Source of the DNA: Anaerolineae bacterium
GTDB lineage: Bacteria; Chloroflexota; Anaerolineae; B4-G1; SLSP01
Assembly (NCBI GenBank): GCA_021159805.1
Contig: JAGHDT010000370.1
Span: 1-28,917 of the forward strand
DNA: 28,917 bases
Direction of reading: 5' to 3'
The position numbers and the translations under genes were made by a program. The notes under the pieces were generated by a model. It worked only from the letters and a program-made list of their open reading frames with translations, did no database searches and was not told where the DNA came from. This document shows positions 25,703 through 28,917 of this stretch, one piece after another (position 1 is the stretch's first letter; every line of letters starts with the position of its first letter).

Positions 25703-26875
25703 ATGAAGAAAGCGCAGCGTCTGAGTCATCTTCCTCCTTACCCATTTGCCCTTTGGGCTGCCAGGATCAATCAGGTTCGGCAGCGCGGCGTTGACGTGAT
25801 CCGGTTGGATATCGGGAATCCGGATCTGGCACCGCCGGATGCCGTGATTGAAGCGCTCTGTAGATCGGCTCAGGAGAGCAGCCACCACGGCTATGCCGGA
25901 TACCGTGGGCTGCCGTCGCTGCGGCGCGCGATATCCGACGTCTACGCCCGGCGCTTTGGTGTCACCCTCGATCCGGAGACCGAGGTCGTGCCGCTGATCG
26001 GGTCCAAGGAAGGCATTGTCAACCTTGCGCTGGCGTGGCTTGATCCGGGGGATGTGGTGCTGGTACCGGACCCGGGTTATGCGCCGTATACGATGGGGAC
26101 GATGTTGGCCGGCGCTGAGGTCGCGACCTTCCCGCTCCTTGCAGAGCGAGGATTCCTGCCGGCCTTGGATGATATCCCCGCGGATGTCGCCGACCGAGCC
26201 AGTATGATCTGGCTGAACTATCCCAACAACCCGACCGGGGCCGTTGCGGATCTCGATTTCCTGACCGAGGTTGTCGCGTTTGCACGGGCCCACGATCTGC
26301 TGGTCTGCCACGATGCGCCCTACGCCGATATCACCTACGGAGACTACGTGGCTCCCAGCATCCTCCAGGTTGAAGGCGCCCGCGATGTTGCTGTGGAGTT
26401 TAATTCACTGTCCAAGACGTATAATATGGCTGGGTGGCGGATGGGCATGGCTGTCGGCAACGCTGACGTGCTCGCCGCGCTGGCCCAGGTCAAGTCCAAT
26501 GTCGACTCCGGTATGTTCCACCCGCTTCAGGATGCGGCGGTTCGGGCCCTGGCTATGGATCCAGCGTGGATTGCGGAGCGGAATGGGCTGTATGCACAGC
26601 GTTTGGATGTCCTTGCCGCGGGGCTCTTCGACCTCGGTCTGACCGTGTCGATGCCGCGCGCCGCCCTCTATCTGTGGCTGCGCATCCCTGAGGGGCGTAC
26701 AGCTGAGGGCTTCGCCGGACGTTGGTTGGAGGAAGCCGGTGTTGCCGTGGCGCCGGGGTCTTTCTTCGGGCCTTCAGGGCAGGGATATATCCGTGCCTCT
26801 GTGACGGCACCGCTGGCGCGGATCAATGAGGCTATGGACCGTCTGCGAGCGCTGGGCCGGCAGGACGATCGGTAG
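25703..26875 (+). CDS. PLP-dependent class I/II aminotransferase (LL-DAP-aminotransferase/MtnE-like subfamily; substrate uncertain)
   Basis: LDIGNPD, LIGSKEG, PDPGY, NYPNNPTG, HDAPY, EFNSLSKTYNMAGWRMG (PLP lysine), PGSFFG..GQGYIR. Confidence 0.9.
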   Translation: MKKAQRLSHLPPYPFALWAARINQVRQRGVDVIRLDIGNPDLAPPDAVIEALCRSAQESSHHGYAGYRGLPSLRRAISDVYARRFGVTLDPETEVVPLIGSKEGIVNLALAWLDPGDVVLVPDPGYAPYTMGTMLAGAEVATFPLLAERGFLPALDDIPADVADRASMIWLNYPNNPTGAVADLDFLTEVVAFARAHDLLVCHDAPYADITYGDYVAPSILQVEGARDVAVEFNSLSKTYNMAGWRMGMAVGNADVLAALAQVKSNVDSGMFHPLQDAAVRALAMDPAWIAERNGLYAQRLDVLAAGLFDLGLTVSMPRAALYLWLRIPEGRTAEGFAGRWLEEAGVAVAPGSFFGPSGQGYIRASVTAPLARINEAMDRLRALGRQDDR

Positions 26876-26881
26876 CGGCCA

Positions 26882-27727
26882 CTAGTGGGCGGTGCCCAAT
26901 GCGCCCGGAAGAATCAGCTCGGCGTAGGGTACGGTCCAGACTACGGGGTGGCTGATGCGGTGTCCGGAGAAACCGTCCTCGCCGTAAGCCGTCCCGTGGT
27001 CCGAGCAGATGATCAGAAGAGTGGGCCCGCGCTGCCTTAGTGCCGCAAAGAGTGGCGGTAGATGGTGGTCCACGTAGGAGAGCGCTGCCGCGTGCGACGC
27101 CAGCGTGTCCTCTTTCGCGCCGGGCAGGAAGAAGTAGTTGGGTGGGTGGATTGCAGAGACGTTGATGTAGAGGAAGAGGCGCTGTGACCGCGGAATCTCG
27201 GCCAACCGGCGTGTCGCCAGGCGAACTTGTTTCTCCGTGGAGTGGCGGCTGTTGTTCCCCAGCTCGGGTGCCCAATGGCTTTCGGCAAAGAGCCCGGGGA
27301 GCACGCTGCCCAGCGGGCTCTGTTTGTTGAAGAAGTCGACGCCCCCGATGCACAGTGTGTGATATCCCACGTTGGATAGTCCGGTGACGATATCGGGTGC
27401 ATCGAAAACATAGGTTCGCTCGGCAGTCGTGCCACTGCTGGGGAAACGAGCCGCGAAAAGCCGCGGCTGGTGGCGGCCCGGCGTGATGGGGGTCGGCAGA
27501 AAGCCTCCGAAGAACGCGTGATGAGCTGCATAGGTGAAGTTCCCCGGCGAATGGCGCGCTTCCCATCGCCCTCCCGGCAGGATGGTCGCCAGATGCGGCG
27601 TCTTGCCCGTCCGCAACGCATCCCTCGCCACATCATAACGCAGTGTGTCCAGCACGATGAAGGCGATATCGTGGCTGCCGACCATGTAATTGGCGTTGAT
27701 ACGGGTCTGTTGTTCCAGAAGGCTCAT
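26882..27727 (-). CDS. STM4013/SEN3800-family hydrolase (alkaline phosphatase/sulfatase superfamily)
   Basis: VLDTLRYDVA, WEARHSPGNFTYAAHHAFFGGFLPTP, CIGGVDFFNK, NVSAIHPPN, SDHGTAYGEDG..GHR..H.VVWTVPY. Start ATG 27727 behind GGAGG. Confidence 0.8.
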   Translation of the reverse strand: MSLLEQQTRINANYMVGSHDIAFIVLDTLRYDVARDALRTGKTPHLATILPGGRWEARHSPGNFTYAAHHAFFGGFLPTPITPGRHQPRLFAARFPSSGTTAERTYVFDAPDIVTGLSNVGYHTLCIGGVDFFNKQSPLGSVLPGLFAESHWAPELGNNSRHSTEKQVRLATRRLAEIPRSQRLFLYINVSAIHPPNYFFLPGAKEDTLASHAAALSYVDHHLPPLFAALRQRGPTLLIICSDHGTAYGEDGFSGHRISHPVVWTVPYAELILPGALGTAH

Positions 27728-27746
27728 CCGAGTTTGGCCTCCTAAC

Positions 27747-28917
27747 TCAGTCCTGTGTGGCCATAGCAGCCTGCGGCACCGCATCTGGTGTGATCTTCAT
27801 CGCCAGAGCGAAGGGGATCGATAGCAGGATCAGCCCGGCGGTCCCCCAGAAGATGCCCTCGTAGCCGATGAACGGCAGGATGGCCCCCGCTACCAGCGGC
27901 ATGCCGACTGAAGTAATATGATTGATGCTGATCCCCGCAGAGAGCGTTGGGATAAGTTCTTCCCTGGGGGCCATGCGATAGACGTAGGTCTCGAGCCCGA
28001 TGCCGGCTGTGACCAGGAGCTTGATCAGCAGCAGCAGAACGACGAGCAGCCAGACGTTGTGGAGGGTGGCAAAGCCAACACAGGTCAGCGCCAGCCCAGC
28101 ATAGGTGGTGGTCAGGATGGTACGTTCCCCGATCCGGTCGATCAGTTTCCCCATATAGGGTGATCCCACCAGATTGATGATACTGCTCACGAGCAAGATC
28201 AGACTGATGTGCCAGACTTCCAAGTAGTAGGTCTGCACCAGGACCAGCATACCGAAGGTGTGCAGAACCTGCTTTCGTGACCCCTGGATGAAGGTCAGCA
28301 CATAGTAGAGCCAGTAGCGTCTCTTGACAAGCATGCGAGGGGGCTCGGTCTCCGTTGCCCCTACCGTGGGGGGAATGCGGAGGAGGAGGAAGGCAGCGAT
28401 GATCACCAGTCCTGCCCCGACAAGGTAGTAAACTGACAGGGAGAGATCGCTCGCCGCCCAGGTGATGAGCGCGAGGGCGCCCATGCCGATAAGCGAAGCG
28501 AAGGCGCCAACCCCGTTGAGTTGACCCAGGACGCTGGCGGTCTTTCCTTCCGGGCTCAATCCCATCGCCAGCGAGCTGTGGAGGGGCATCCACATATGCA
28601 TACCGAGGCTGGCGATGACAGCGACGGCGAGCAGGGCGCTGTAAGAATCGACAAAGGCATAAAGGGCGAAGCCGACGCCCATAAGCAGCACCGACGCAGC
28701 TGTTCGGTATGATAGCGGCAACCGCATGGTCAGGGCGGCGATGAACATCAATGCCAGGCCGGGGATTTCGCGGATGCCCTCGAGCCAAAGCACCTGACCT
28801 CCGCTGAGCCCCAAGGTTTCGACGAAGAAGTTGATCCGTGCGCCGTCGATAAGGGCCAGGCCGAAGCGCTGCATGAAGAAGGCCACCGCCAGGAAAATGA
28901 GATTCTGCGTCCATATC
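27747..28917 (-). CDS. MFS transporter, 5' end outside window
   Basis: About 12 hydrophobic segments, G.LIDRIGER loop motif in the second half. The frame stays open to the window edge (...IWTQNLIFLAVAFFMQRFG...). Confidence 0.88.
   Translation of the reverse strand, partial: IWTQNLIFLAVAFFMQRFGLALIDGARINFFVETLGLSGGQVLWLEGIREIPGLALMFIAALTMRLPLSYRTAASVLLMGVGFALYAFVDSYSALLAVAVIASLGMHMWMPLHSSLAMGLSPEGKTASVLGQLNGVGAFASLIGMGALALITWAASDLSLSVYYLVGAGLVIIAAFLLLRIPPTVGATETEPPRMLVKRRYWLYYVLTFIQGSRKQVLHTFGMLVLVQTYYLEVWHISLILLVSSIINLVGSPYMGKLIDRIGERTILTTTYAGLALTCVGFATLHNVWLLVVLLLLIKLLVTAGIGLETYVYRMAPREELIPTLSAGISINHITSVGMPLVAGAILPFIGYEGIFWGTAGLILLSIPFALAMKITPDAVPQAAMATQD

Noticed and set aside
25680-25704. 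TTGACA upstream of the aminotransferase as a promoter
   Set aside because: The only -10-like hexamer (CATAAT) is 13 nt away and overlaps the start codon, so the spacing is not canonical.
27742-28914. 390-aa minus-strand ORF overlapping the MFS gene in another frame
   Set aside because: Arg/Pro/Ala-rich with no recognisable features. The MFS frame explains the region and is open to the window edge.
1-28917. CRISPR arrays, tRNA/rRNA genes, intact IS elements
   Set aside because: I found no regularly spaced repeat array, cloverleaf sequence or transposase ORF.

Overview
High-GC bacterial window, most consistent with Chloroflexota/Anaerolineae (inferred from the short IF-2, the extended NusA and the gene content). 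There are four blocks. (1) 1-5700, minus strand: nusA-ylxR(rnpM)-infB-rbfA-DHH phosphoesterase operon with no rimP, a near-consensus sigma70 promoter and a terminator-like hairpin in the nusA leader. (2) 5730-7814: a stand-alone glgX. (3) 8334-14095, plus strand: an uncharacterised four-gene operon. It has two paralogous, apparently cytoplasmic clan-CD (gingipain/C25-like, caspase-fold) cysteine proteases with intact His/Cys dyads. One ~110-130 aa domain occurs three times: at the C-terminus of protease 2, at the C-terminus of ORF3, and as the whole of ORF4. This is the best candidate for an undescribed protease-activated system. (4) 14341-26875: a cluster covering all seven shikimate steps plus the Phe/Tyr branches, tyrS and an aminotransferase. 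It is preceded by an un-annotated attenuator whose 28-aa TTG-start leader peptide (MNPNETYIYYTFYFSWPSRVGRFALLEG) carries Tyr, Phe and Trp codons. A GTAG-type REP doublet, other palindromic intergenic elements, an orphan STM4013-family hydrolase and a partial MFS transporter complete the window. No database searches or folding computations were run. Family calls come from motifs I recognised and alignments are by eye.
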